NCBI GenBank assembly: GCA_043228905.1
Contig: JBHGNT010000003.1
Span: 23,684,001 to 23,748,000, forward strand
Direction: 5' to 3'
DNA from: Azolla caroliniana
Lineage: Eukaryota > Plantae > Polypodiophyta
Length of the DNA stretch: 64,000 bases
Shown piece after piece: positions 1 through 13,047 of this stretch (position 1 is its first letter; each line of letters begins with the position of its first letter). The notes beneath the pieces were generated by a model. That model saw only the letters and a program-made list of their open reading frames with translations. It was not told the DNA's origin and made no database searches. Position numbers and translations under genes: made by a program.

Positions 1-1173
1 GCGTATTACGCTCACATACATATGTTACGTATGCATATGAGGTCAATACCTCGATTTTGTTGTAAATGACATGCGTTTGGTCTCGTATGCGTAAGAGGTC
101 AATACCTCAATTGGGTATTACGATGAACCCTTATTTTTAGATGTTTTGTTTGCGTAGAGATATATGCCTCAATTACGTATCTCGATTATATCATTTATGG
201 CTATTTGATGTAACGATGTGGTCACGTGTATATGTATTTGATCGTATATATGTGATAATATACATATGTGTATATAAGTTATTAAGTGATTTTAATATCG
301 GATGTTTTCCTTTTCGGGGAAAGGATCTTGGTGGCCGTCCTCACATTTTTGTGAGAATGGCGTTGTCACCATCCCTTTTTTCAACAATTTTTTATTGTTG
401 ACATTCCCATTGGTGACTTCGATTTTATTACGTAAAGAAATGCCTACTACGAAAAGAGGGCTCATTTAGCTTGACCATTAGGTTGCACTTTAGCGTATGC
501 CATCGTAATTACGAAACTTGAGGTTAGGTAATGTACCAACATATTTTGTAGTAAACGAGGGGGAAATAAGGACTCTTGACATATATGTTTCTTTTAAAAA
601 AACATATATGGACAAATGTCTCGCATATCTCTTATACGTATGAAGCATTAAACATTCAAGAAGAGCAACCTACTTGGTTGGCTCAAGTGTTTAATGCATT
701 TGTTCTCGAGGTCTCGAGTTCAAATATGGCCAAGATCATACAACATCTTTGATACATATCACTATAACACATGTTTAGACTTGAGGTCTAAGTGCATTTT
801 GGGATCCTCATAATAGGACTTAAAGAGCTGAAACCACATATGTGGGCATAGAAACATAGTTTATTGTTAACATTTTTTTCGTGTATAAACTATTCATGAT
901 GTGAACATACATGGTTGAGCCTCGGGGAGCCGCCATGAAAAAATCGATATAGAGATCAGGGAAAGACATTAATTTGTCACCCCCATGGTTTTTAAAACAC
1001 CTTTATGTTACCATAGTAACCTGATCTTGAACCTCATCTCATACGTCTAGAGGGGTATTGACGTGAGATCATGATATCGATTAATGTTTGCCCATGATAT
1101 GTTTACATCATGACATGATGTTATGACTATTTATCTGACCTTATCCTATTTCTTTGCCAGAAATAAACATTCA

Positions 1174-4100
1174 ATGGCTCAAAATAACGACCCGATGTCA
1201 TCCACTCAAGTGGAAGGAACTCAAGGAAATCCTCTTGGACAAATGTCCATTGAGATGTCTTTTTCGCAAATAACCCAATACCTTAGTTTCACCGCTCAAT
1301 AGATGACCGAACTTTGGCAATCTCAAAGTGCCCTCGAGGCACGTGTCATTAGTTTACAATGAGAGACTAATAGACCTGATGAGCGATAGGGTGAACCATC
1401 GTTTGTTGTTAAGCCATTTACGGGAGAAAAAAAGGAAAGAACCGAAGAAGAAATCTACATGTGGTTGGGCCGATGGGAGTCTCATTTTGAGCTCTATTCC
1501 ACACCAGATAGTACAAAGATTGCATATGTCAGCCGAGAACTAGGGGGTAAGGCCACTGCTTGGTGGCGTGGGCTCTGTACTTTGGGGAAATTGCCTGATA
1601 CCTGGACAGATTTTGTCACAGTTTTTAAGGGCCAATTTCTGCAACCTCCCTCTCGAACCAAGGCAGCACAAACTTTAATGAACCTCTCTAGCAGGAAGTT
1701 TTCCTCGCTAGAAGACTATGTCCACCATGCTAGAACCCAAATCCAAAAATCGGGTCTAGAAGGGGACAATAGGTTAATAACTTGTTATGTCAATGGCATC
1801 CCCAATTCGGACTATCATTGGATAGTGCACGATAAGGATCCAAAATCCTTTGAAGAGGCCGTTGAAATAGCTCTTCTCTATCAACGCACTTTGAAGAAGA
1901 ACCACAACAAACCCAACGAAGCGCTCGGGACTAAGTAGTCACAATTCGTTGGGAAACGCAAGACACCCAACGAATTCATGGATCGTGATTGTAAGCGACA
2001 ACATCCTTTTTGCGTATTGTGCAAAAAGAAGGGTCATACAAAAGAGCAATGTCGAATGCTCTAGCGGAAAGAGCACGACAACAAAGCTAAAGCTGCAGAC
2101 CATAAAGGTCAGATTCCTAATGTCCTTCAGGTCTATACACATCATTTAAGTAATTGTCAATGTTCTTTCCCTCACTATGTGTTGGGTCCCAATGATTTAC
2201 TACCTGCAAACGGGTATATCAATGGATCTCCTATACAATTTTTGTTTGATTCGGGAAGCTCACACAACTTTGTGAATGATCGTTTGGTTCAGATATGGGG
2301 AATCCAACCCACCGTAAGTGATCACACCTATACAGTGCACTTGGTTGATGGAAGAGTACAATACATCAATGGGGGGATTCATTCATTAGGAATTTCTATT
2401 GATACTTACATAGAGGAAGTAGACTTCCATGTAATGAATCTTTGTACCATTGATGTAATACTGGGTTATCCCTGGTTCTATAATAAAAGCTCTTCTTTAT
2501 CTACTGATTGGGTTCATCATTCAATAACTTTTGTACCGAACGATTGTACTCATTTTATTCAATGTGTAAAAAAATAATCCCTCTCGATTGTTTCCTCTCC
2601 ATCAATATCCGAGTTGTCTTGTTCTACTCTATTTTATTGTGTACTTGATCCAGAAATTCACGTTTACAATATCGATATTTCATGATGTTTCGTGATGTCT
2701 CGATTCAATTAACATATTTTGAACAACAACTTGATGAAATATTAAATGATTTTCGTGATGTTTATCCGAGTGAACTACCAGATGGGTTACCTCCTAAACA
2801 TAATATAGACCATCATATAGATATTATACCTGGCGTTGCACCAATAAGTATACCTCCTTATCGCTTAAGTTGATCCGAAGAGGATGAGGTATCTAAGCAA
2901 CTCAAGGACTATTTACGAATGGGTTATATACATTATAGTAAATCTCCATGGGGTGCACCAGTTCTCTTGGTTAAAAAGAAAGAGGGCACATGGTGTATGT
3001 GTATTAATTACCGAGGCTTGAATAAAGTGACGATCAAGAATTCGTATCCATTGCCCTGGGCTGACGATCTAATTGACCGTCTCCAGGGAGCTCGGTATTT
3101 TACGAAACTTGATCTCCGTATTGGCTACCATCAAATTCGTATAAGTGAGGAGGATGTTCGCATTTCGTATGCGCTATGGCCATTATGAGTTTTTGGTTAT
3201 GCCTTTTGGTTAGACCAATGCTCCGGCTACATTTCAACAAGAAATGAATGACATTTTCCGAGAACAACTTGGAAAATTTGTCGTTATTTTCTTGGATGAT
3301 ATTTTAGTTTATAGCCGCACATTACAAGAACATGCTAAACATGTCCACTTTGTTTTACAAACATTGCGTGACAAACAGTTTTATGCGAAGATTTCAAAAT
3401 GTGAGTTCTTCAAGAAATCAATTACTTATCTTGGACATCTCATAACCGAACGAGGAGTTGAAATTGATCCTTCTTGCATCGAGAAAAACAAGCTTTGGCC
3501 CACTCTTCGGAACATTCGAGAAGTTTGATCATTACTTGGTTTTGTCGGGTTTTGGCGAAAATCCCTTCGTAATTACTCCCAATTGACGACGTCGTTTGTC
3601 TACAAAACCTATTGTCTCGAATGCTACACTAGACCTTGCCTTTAAGGAACTCAAGGACCTAGTGTGCAAGGCTCCTTCACTTCTTTTACCTGATCCTTCA
3701 AAACCTTTTGAGGTTGAAACTGATGCAAGTGATTATGCTATAGGTGTTGTCTTATATCAAGATGGTAAACCAATAGCATTCGAGAGTAAGAAACTTGATT
3801 TTGCTCAATGTCGGTATACCGTTCAAGAAAAGGAATTATTTGCAGTTATACATGCGCTCAAAACATGGTGCCATTATCTTTATGGAAATCGCTTTGTGGT
3901 AACTACGAACCATGAGTCCTTGAAATATTTTTGTGACCAACAAGACCTGAAAGGTCGTAAGGCACGATGGGCTGATCTCATCCAGGACTTTGATTTTTCC
4001 ATACAATATCGTAAAGGTTCCATGAACACTGTCGTTGATGCTGAAATATTATCAGATCTTTATAATCACCTTCAAGGAAAGTATACTGATGACAGTTATT

Positions 4101-5542
4101 TTGCAAAATACTGGGTAAGAGTTGAGTCTGGAACAAACACCACCACATCCTCGAAGGAAGACTTCCACATTGCTAACAGTCTGCTCTACCGTAATGGGAA
4201 GGTTTGTGTTCCAGATTTTCTTGAGGTCAAAAAGAGAATTCTTTTTGAATGCCATGATGCACCCTTAGCAGGGCACCTTGGAATACATCGCACACTTGTT
4301 CTCATCTCCACTCAATTCTATTGGCCTAAGATGCGCCTCGACATACATAGCTATGTGACTAAATGTCACAAATGTCAGGTTAACAAAGCCGGGCGACTTA
4401 AAGCCGCAAGACTTTTACATCCCTTGGACATTCCCAATAATAAGTGGGAAAGTATATCCATGGATTTTATTGTTAGCCTTCCTCGCACCCAAAAAGGCCA
4501 TGATGCCATATGGGTTGTGGTTGATAGACTAACTAAAATGGCCAGATTTATTGCTACTAAAACCATGGTAACAACTCCTGAATTGGCTTACCAATTTGTG
4601 GACGAGTTATTTTGTTTTTATGGGTTACGGATGGATATCGTGAGTGATCGAGATCCAAAATTTACTAGTGACTTCTAGACGCAAGTCTTTAAGAAGTTAG
4701 AAACTACGTTGAGCATGAGCTCCACGGATCATCCTCAATCCAATGGACAGACAGAACGAGTAAATCAAATTATTGAGGACATGCTTCGAGCATACGTTGG
4801 TGCAAAACCAACAAAATGGGAACGTTATCTCCCAATTTTGGAGTTTGCTTATAACAGCTCCAAGCATACGTCGACGGGATATAGTCCTTTTATGTTGATG
4901 TATGCTTTTCAGCCACGAGCCCCGATTGATGTTAATATACATTATGATGAGTTGCGAAGTACGCAAAACTTTCTTCGGGATATGCAAGATATGTTGCATA
5001 TTGCACGAGATAATATAAAAACAGCTCAAGATAGAGCGCGTTTTTATGCCGATCATCATAGGCAACCTCGTGTATTCAACCCTGGACAGAAGGTATGTTT
5101 ACGTGTACCTCACAATTCTAAGACATTGTCTACGGGTAAGTGCGCTAAGGTAGACCCACGGTTTTGTGGACCTTTTACAGTCCTCAAACGCATTGGGTCA
5201 TCAGCCTATCGTCTTGCTCTTCCCGAAGGTGTTGAAATTCATCCAGTTTTTCATGTGAGTCATCTGAAAGAACTTCTAGGTTCTGGCGACAATACAGTTA
5301 CAACTGAAACTTTGGTTACTTCTGAAGAATTATCTTCTAAACCACATGTACCAGAAAGAATTCTCGATGTTAAAACAAAAAAATTACGTACTAAAGAAAT
5401 CGGAGAATTTAAAATAAAATGGATGGATAAATCAATAAAAGATGCCACATGGGAACTCGAAAATACTCTCAGAACTAACTTCCCTAACTTTCCATTGCAA
5501 GAGTGCAATGTTTTAAAGAGGGGGAGTATGTTACAAGCATGA
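1174..5542 (+). pseudogene. gag-pol polyprotein of the gypsy element, broken by stops and frameshifts
   Basis: ORF fragments 1459-1938 (retrotrans_gag-like), 2179-2577 (protease), 2682-3528 (RT), 3596-4678 (RNase H and integrase), 4709-5542 (integrase C-terminus and chromodomain). The likely original ATG is at 1174 (MAQNNDP). Confidence 0.9.
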
Positions 5543-5926
5543 CCATATAATATTTGTGGTGAGAATTTACCGTAGTATTCTATACACGTGGATAAGTGTG
5601 AGGGTTAAACGAGAGTGTAAAGAAGGGGAGGATTACTTTTAATCCTCGGGATTGAGACAACCCATTAGGCCAAGTGTGAACTTGCCTTGGGGACCTAACT
5701 ACCCTCATTTCATCATCTTGTTGACTACGTCGAGACTCTGTCTTGTGGTGGCGAGCGCGCCAACACCAGGTACGACTTGACGCCACGACGGTGGTATGGG
5801 ATGCCGATCTAGGCTCGAGTCCATCTTGATCCCTTTGCTCGGGGGTGGTCGGGTGGATCGGTACCCTTCTTTCTCTCTCTCCTTTCTATCTATCTATCTA
5901 TATTCTATCCTTATCTAATGCTTACA
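5529..5926 (+). repeat. 3' LTR of the gypsy element (~398 bp)
   Basis: Starts TGTTACAAGCA directly after the PPT and ends ...TGCTTACA at 5926, where L1 coding sequence begins abruptly. Confidence 0.8.
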
Positions 5927-8900
5927 TTAGTTCATGTCTCTAATACCAAGCGCTTAGGGGTTGCTAGATTATTCCATGCAACCCAAGTGATTCCCATCTT
6001 ATCCCTCTTCTTCCACAACAAATATCGAAGAAGTTGCAAAATAGAATGCAAAGCCTTCTTTGCCCATGGCAACAATGGCAAGTAATATAATATCATGGGT
6101 TCCATAATACATTGTAAGACCTTCAAGCATACATGAAATGGCCAACATTGTGACTTCCAATAAATGAACTTATCCCTCAACTTACTAGACATCCATTCAA
6201 TCAATTGACCATTTGTAACATTCATTCCTAATGGATAGCCCAAGTGTCAAAAAATAGAGCCTTTTTTCACCACAGATCCTTGCCATCCTAAACATTCTAA
6301 ATCCCTTTCAGTACATGATATGAGACTAGACTTCCTCCAATTAATATGTAATCCGGAAGCCAATGCAAATTGGTTCCATACGAGCATCCCCTTCTCAAGA
6401 TTCTCTGTGAGACTTGTAGAAACATGAAAGAATCATTAGCCAAAGCTTGTGCTACTAGTTGCCCTCTAGACGGAAGGTGTAGACCCACAATATCACCATT
6501 TGTTGCAAGCTTGGATAACATCACTAACAAGGGATGAGTAACAATAGCAAACAACAATGGACTAATGGGGCATCCTTGACGAACGGATCTTGTGAGGAAA
6601 ATATCTTATGTAACTCCCCCATTAAGCATTACTCGAGACATCGCATCTTGTCCTAATAAAAATATGAGGCGAGACATACAAGGTCCAAAGCCCATTGTAT
6701 GCATTAACCCAGAAACAAAGGACCATTAATATAATCATAAGCTTTCTCCAAATCTAATTGCACCACAATCAATTCTTGATGAGTGTTTCAAGCATAATCC
6801 ATGGCCATTTGAACATTCAACACATTATGCAATATATTCCTACCTGCAATAAAACCATATTGGGCAGGATGTATCAACTTTGGCAAATACTTTTGTAATC
6901 TATTTGCCAAGACCTTTGAAAATATCTTATACAACACCCCCATCAAAGAAATAGGTCTCCATTGATGAAATGACTCTCGAGATGCCACTTTTGGAATTAA
7001 TTTAATTAGACCAACTGTCCAAGCTTGAGGCATACGACCAAAATCCCAAGAATGTTGAAACATCAAAGTTAAGGGCCCCTTTAAAATGTTCAAATATCGC
7101 TTACAAACTTCATTTGTCAAGTCATCCCAACCGGGGTTGTTACCACTAGGAAGATGCCTTAAAACTTTGTCCACCTCATCCTCAGTGAAATCCGCATCCA
7201 ATTCATGACTAATGAGGTCATGCACAATACATCCAACCACATCATAAAACTCATGGCGTGCTCTCAATTGTGGGTCATTCAACTCCTTAAAGTAATGAAC
7301 ACATATGTCAATTATTGTAGTAGGATCCACTATCCATTCATCCCCTTGCTTCACATGTACCACATTAGATCGAGTATAAGTAGGATGTAATGCTTGGAAA
7401 AACAAATGAGATTGACATTGATTATCTATGAGTCCATCCCTGAATTGTCGCATCTTCGTATAACGATAACTTTGGCATTGCAATTGAGAAATAATAACAT
7501 GCAATTGACTTTGGATATCCAAAAGCTCCTCATCTAATGGTGCCTGTATCAATAATGCATTACACCTGGATAGAACTTGTGAGAATTGTTGAAGAAGACC
7601 TCTTCTTTGTTGAGCATTAGTTACTCCATACATACGATGAATGATCTTAGTGTTTTGTAATGTGATATCCCATGCTGTAACTCCTTTAAGATTCACTTCT
7701 TGTGAAAAATTGAAGATGAAGGGGTAATCCCTTATCCCTAAATTGTCTTTGCCAAGGAACTTTTCAAGGACCTTCCCTAGTTCCTAAATTACCTTTCCAA
7801 GTAGTCTCACGATTAGTGGGCAAACTATTACGTTGCATATTGATTGATTTCCCCTTCGACTTGCCCTTAACCTGATGCAATCCTTTTCAACAACAACATC
7901 ACTACTAGTTTTTCCAATGGTTTTTTCCCCTTATCTATAACCACCAAACTTTGTTTTTCCATATCCATAGATTGAGCTCCTTTATTCTTAGGGCCCAAGC
8001 CTTGAAGTGAAACCTGTTTATAACCCGCTCTAGATGATGTTCCTTCATCCATAACAACCACAATATCACCAACATCTCTCCCAAATCCTTCCTTACCATT
8101 CCCTTCATTAGGAACCTCTATAGTTGAAGGACAATGACGATGGCATTCTGCCATAAAGTGACCCCATTCACCACATCCAAAACAATGACTTGCAAATGTC
8201 TCCCACTTCAATTTAAAACAAAGTCTTTTCATACCAGGTGTGTTCATACGCACCCATCCTGGCCTCTTACGACTTGTATCCCATAACATGCAAAATCTAC
8301 ACTTATTTGTAGCATTTGCATGTGGAGATACCAACACTTTACCCATTTGACTCATCAACTCTGGTAAAAGTGGCCATAAAAAAGCATGCTTACAATACAT
8401 TGTTACCCAAACGACGCATTCTTGTTTTAACAAAGCATGATAGTCCACGACGGGGGGGCATTGCATTACATGCACCAATCGTTTATCAAAAAACACAAGA
8501 ACTTTAGCCAACAATGCACTTCGATGTTCCGGTGAACAAAACACTACATCATAAAACCCTCGTGGTCTTGCATATATATCTTCAACACAATTTGGTGACA
8601 CGATTGTGTTCAACCATTGTTTAGTCCAATTAATGTATAGGAGTTTCCCGGTAAAAAACAATATAACTGCACGATCATAGAACACACTGCCTTAGCATCA
8701 ACTTCCACATCATGCACATCCTCATCAATGCATTCTTTCGTTGCATTTTCATTATCTTCCACAATATCAAACAACAAGGTATTGGCAATTCCCCATCATT
8801 TATCCCAATTATAATTATCCTACCTCATTTACATGTATTACTTCGGCATATGTCATTTTTTTCTCATAAATTTCCTCAATACCCTTAAACATCTTAGAGC

Positions 8901-9350
8901 TTCCAATGTCTTCCCTTTCACGATTACATTCAACCATCACATTACTCTGTTTTGGATCAATTGTGTCCATATCAATGTCCCCCACAATTTGAGAGGAATT
9001 CATGTTCATATCCATTATTCTTGATGTGATAGCAATCCGGGATAATAACAATTTTCCATGAACAAGAAAGATAACCGGAACTCACCTGATTGAAGATGTC
9101 GAAGATGATGGATACAATAGAAGAACCACGCTGTGTGTTGAGTATGTGGATGCCAATAACACAAGATTCCTTATTTCTATCGCTGCTTCTCGCATAGACC
9201 ACCAAATTTAACTTGTTGTATCTCGTTACGAAGCTCTAATGGAGGGCTTTTCTAACGCATGTCTTTATGCTCAATTCCGTTACCGATAGAGAGCACAACA
9301 ATAAAAACAATTTCGCTTCTTCATCCCCTCTCCACTAGACTTGTTTTTTT
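5927..9350 (-). mobile_element. L1-clade LINE, degenerate; endonuclease region deleted, 3' part cut by the gypsy insertion
   Basis: ORF1 remnants 9051-7867 carry a DUF4283-like region and a CCHC knuckle (CFGCGEWGHFMAEC). ORF2 RT remnants 7696-5932 include PGWDDLT, WRPISL, QYGFIAGRNI, LEKAYD, RQGCPISPLLF and HLGYPLG. Confidence 0.9.
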
Positions 9351-9614
9351 TCCTCCTCTCTTTTTTTTTTTCGTAAATCAATGTTTGTTATTAAAACAAA
9401 ATTATAATACACCCCTTGCTATAATATTTGTGATAGTGCAAGGGAAACCCTCGCAAGTGTTGTAAAACTAGATGACATAAGTCTATCTCCTCTTGAGACA
9501 AGATCCCCATACAACATAGTTGTGAAAATTGCCAAATCAATTTCCCTTTCATCCTACGGATTTGTTGTGCTACCCCATGAAGTCCATCAAACAAGAACTC
9601 ATTTCTTTCCTCCT

Positions 9615-9647
<33 letters not shown>

Positions 9648-9650
<3 letters not shown>

Positions 9651-12600
9651 GGCCCAACACTAATGGTTTTACATGTAGAAAACACAACGGAAATAGTGTG
9701 ATTGACTATGTGCTACTTTCCGAAGGTATTTTGGATCGTATACATAAATTCTCACTTGGTGAATGGACACCGGAATCCGATCATAGGCCTTTATGTATTG
9801 ATCTCAAATGTATGCAGAGGTTTGATTGTGAGAAGGCTATTGAAGATAATAAACAACCACACTTGAGCATGAACCTTAAGCGAGCACCCATGTATTCCAA
9901 GATGGTTGAGGATATGTTACAAATGACAAAGATACAACATGGGGCCACACTAGAATGCAAATGGGAAGCTTTCAAGAAAAAATGGTTTGATAAAGAATGT
10001 CGTGAAGCTCGAAAGTGCCTTATGCTTTTGGATGTAGTTAAGGATAAAGAGAATTACCAAAAGCATTTGCATGAGTTTTAAAGGCTTATTCAAAGAAAGA
10101 GAAGAATATGGGAAGTTACTCAACAATTTATCCAAACGCAAGAGAAAGCACATGCATGTGCTAAATTTTGGGGAAATCTAAAGGGAAAACGTGTTGAGAG
10201 TTATGGTGACTTAACTCTTCACGACTTGTCTATGCATTGTAAGAATTTATATGAGTTATCTCTTGCCGGAAAGATGATGTGTTATGGTTCTCTTTCACAT
10301 ATGCCTCCCTTCTTTACAATTGAAGATATATATGCATAGGACTTAAGAAATTGGCCTCTCGAAAGGCAAGCGATCTTCAATGTATAAAGGCTGAAATGCT
10401 CAAATGGACAGGAAAGGAAGCACATATATGGATAAGCGATATGTTTAATGATGCATTGCAACATGGTATGTCGTACGATTGGACTACAAATTGGATCAAA
10501 CCTTTACATAAAGGTGGAGATATAAATAATGTAAACAACTATCGAACCATCATGGTTGGCTCATTAATGGCAAAACTATTTGGATGTATAATGGAATCAA
10601 AGATAAGTGTATGGGCTGAAAAAACTGGTAAGAGAACTTATGGACAAGCTGGCTTTCGGAAACACCATAGCACCATTGATCACCTTATCACCCTTCGAGT
10701 ATTAATGGAGGAAAGTCGCCTTAGAGGTAAAGGTTTATATTGTTGCTTTGTAGACTTCAAGAAAGCTTTTGATATGGTACCTCGTGAGCATCTTTGGAGG
10801 CGAATGGAAGAACTTGAGGTGCCAAGTGAATATATGCTTGCAATTGCTCGAATTTATGAGAAGGTTATATGTTGTGTGCGCATGAGAGATGAACTTTCAG
10901 ATTTTTTCAAAAGCACTATTGGTGTTAAGCAAGGATGCCCACTCTCACCAACACTATTTGGTCTATGCATTGATGAATTGGAAGAAATGGTTACCAAGTT
11001 TGCAAAGGAAGAATGTGTTGAAGAAGTTGCCATTGGGAATGTTGTAATTATGCTTTTGCTATATGTAGATGATGTAGTGCTTTTTGCAAATACTTTAGGA
11101 GATGCACGAAAGCTTATGAAGGCATTGGAAAATTTTTGCATGCATACTAAATTAAGTGCCAATAGCTCTAAAACAAAGATTATGCTTGTGAAGAGCCAAA
11201 AAAGAGATAAATCATGCATTATGTACAACAATGAGCCACTTGAATGTGTGGAAAGCTTCAAATATCTTGGCCTTGAAGTTCCTTCAAATCATAGATGGAA
11301 TGAATGTGCTACACGCCGCTTAGAGGCAGGCAAGCGAGCATACTATGCATTTGAGAACACATGCAATTCCGAGATATTAAGTGTTGGGTCCTCAAGAAAT
11401 ATCTTTTCGACACTTTGGTGACACCGGTTCTTGTCTATGGGGTGGAAGTATGGGGCGGTAGTATCCCTAAATCTATGTGGAAAGAGTTTGAAAATGTCCA
11501 AAAGCATTTTCTTACCAAGTTTCTACAAGTTAAGAAACAAACGCCCTACACCCTCCTCCTCCTTGAGACGGGATCCCTTCCCATTGAGATCATGGCCATG
11601 GAAAGGGTTGTTGAATACATGCTTAAGGTTCAAAAAAGTCCCTCACATCGACTTCCTAGAATTGCGTGGGAAGCAAGCAAAAAGATCCAAATGACGCATA
11701 AAAGCAAAATTTTGTGTTTCGGTTGGATGCAAGATATAGAAAAATGGTTTGGTAGATGGGATGCAAGACACTTGCTTCATGATGCATCATTAGATTCCTC
11801 TGTAAATGAGGCATTTTTGCAATGCCAATGTATCATGACATGGGACAAATGTGGAGGCTCACGCTTCACACATTATACTACACATGTTGCACCTAACTAC
11901 AAAACCATATTCTTTGCGGAACGGGGAAATCGTTGTCGTGAAGAAAACCGTCCACGAGCGGAATCCGTGCACCGGAGCGTAGAAACCGACTCTTCATGCA
12001 CGTGCGCCTTAAGTTGTACGTAGGAGATCCTAGGTAGATTCGGTAGGTAGGGAGTAAAGGGGAAACGGCTCCTTCCTTGCCTATAAAAGGAGGGAGACGA
12101 GGAGGGTAGAGGGATCGCGGAGAGTCGAGGACGAAGTGCTGTCGGTTTGCGTGCGAAGGCTTCTCTCTCTCTCTCTCTCTGGTTCGCAAACCCCATAGCT
12201 TCCTTCTGTGCAGGTTTCGGGAGGCTCGCGCTGCTCTGAGGAATGCCCGAGTGCTTCCGGCAGCACCTCCAACCTGTTCCTGTCTTTCTGTGCGTTTACG
12301 AACAGGTATCGGCATCTGTTCGCCGGCCTGCTCGGTTGTAACCGACTTCGTGTTTTGTTGTCTTCGTGTTCTTGTTGTTTGTCTTTGTTAATACATACAT
12401 ACATTCGTGTCTTTCTGTGTCGCTGTCCCACTTGCGTCTTTGCGTCGAAGGGCCGTGTCCCTGTGGATCTACGCTCGCACGTAGAGGGTTCTTCCCCTTC
12501 CTCTCTCGCTCTTTGGTACAGGACCCCCGAGGTTCCGCCTCACTCCACGCATCCGCGAGGAATACCTCGACATCGTACACATCCATACATGTTAGAGCCC

Positions 12601-12979
12601 ATACCGTTATCTGCCATTCGAACCATTGCTTCCATGTGACTTAGCTCACATGCATTGCGATGTGAAACAGGGCGTTGGGGTACAAGTGATGAGAGTGGTC
12701 GGCTATGCACACTTTGCCCTAAACAAGTTCGCGAGTCTGAGTATCACACTTTGATACAATGCTCTGCCTTTGATCATATTCGACCATGCTTTCCACATCT
12801 CTTCGATCGAGCCCAATCTTTGCATGAATTCCTCTCACAACCACAATGTGCACTCTCGATTTCAACATTCATTGGTAAAGTTCTTGAACATCGAGAGTCA
12901 CTACTCACTTTCACACGTATCACGTGAAATGTAATATTTTTGGTCTCATAGGTCATATTTGACCTCCGAAGACGATAAT

Positions 12980-12983
<4 letters not shown>
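9648..12983 (+). mobile_element. Non-LTR retrotransposon (RTE-X-like LINE), 5'-truncated, flanked by (CT)n on both sides
   Basis: APE endonuclease end (FTCRKHNGNSVIDY...SDHRPL). RT ORF 10351-11421 (QAGFRK, FVDFKKAFD, GVKQGCPLSPTLF, YVDD, FKYLG). C-terminal LSSHALRCETGRW..CTLC..ESEYH..C zinc finger at ~12640-12790 and a 3' stem-loop at 12950-12965. The clade call is inferred from the C-terminal motif. Confidence 0.88.
11934..12572 (+). mobile_element. Solo LTR (639 bp) inserted in the LINE ORF2
   Basis: TGTCG...CGACA termini, a TCGT duplication at 11930-11933 and 12573-12576, and a TATA box CCTATAAAAGG at ~12081. Removing it restores the LINE frame ERGNR|THPYMLEP. Confidence 0.9.

Positions 12984-13044
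<61 letters not shown>
12984..13044 (+). repeat. (CT)n microsatellite at the LINE 3' end
   Basis: Pure CT run of about 30 units. Further CT runs occur at ~9612-9647, 13864-13892, 17190-17231, 41816-41836, 43014-43123 and 47538-47569. Confidence 0.95.

Positions 13045-13047
<3 letters not shown>

Larger units (their letters stand above)
1..5926 (+). mobile_element. Ty3/gypsy LTR retrotransposon, chromovirus type, degenerate; 5' LTR lies outside the window
   Basis: Domain order gag - zinc knuckle (CVLCKKKGHTKEQC) - protease (LFDSGSSHNF) - RT ([14 protein letters not shown]) - RNase H (ETDASDYAIG, EKEL) - integrase (H..H..C..C, SMDFI, VSDRD, GPF) - chromodomain (ERILD..KIKW..DATWE). A polypurine tract AAGAGGGGGAG at ~5516-5526 precedes the LTR. 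Confidence 0.95.

Noticed and set aside
141-401. 86-aa ORF and the many other 60-110 aa ORFs at 13-39 kb
   Set aside because: They have no recognisable domains, often start at non-ATG codons, and lie in AT-rich or TE-derived sequence.
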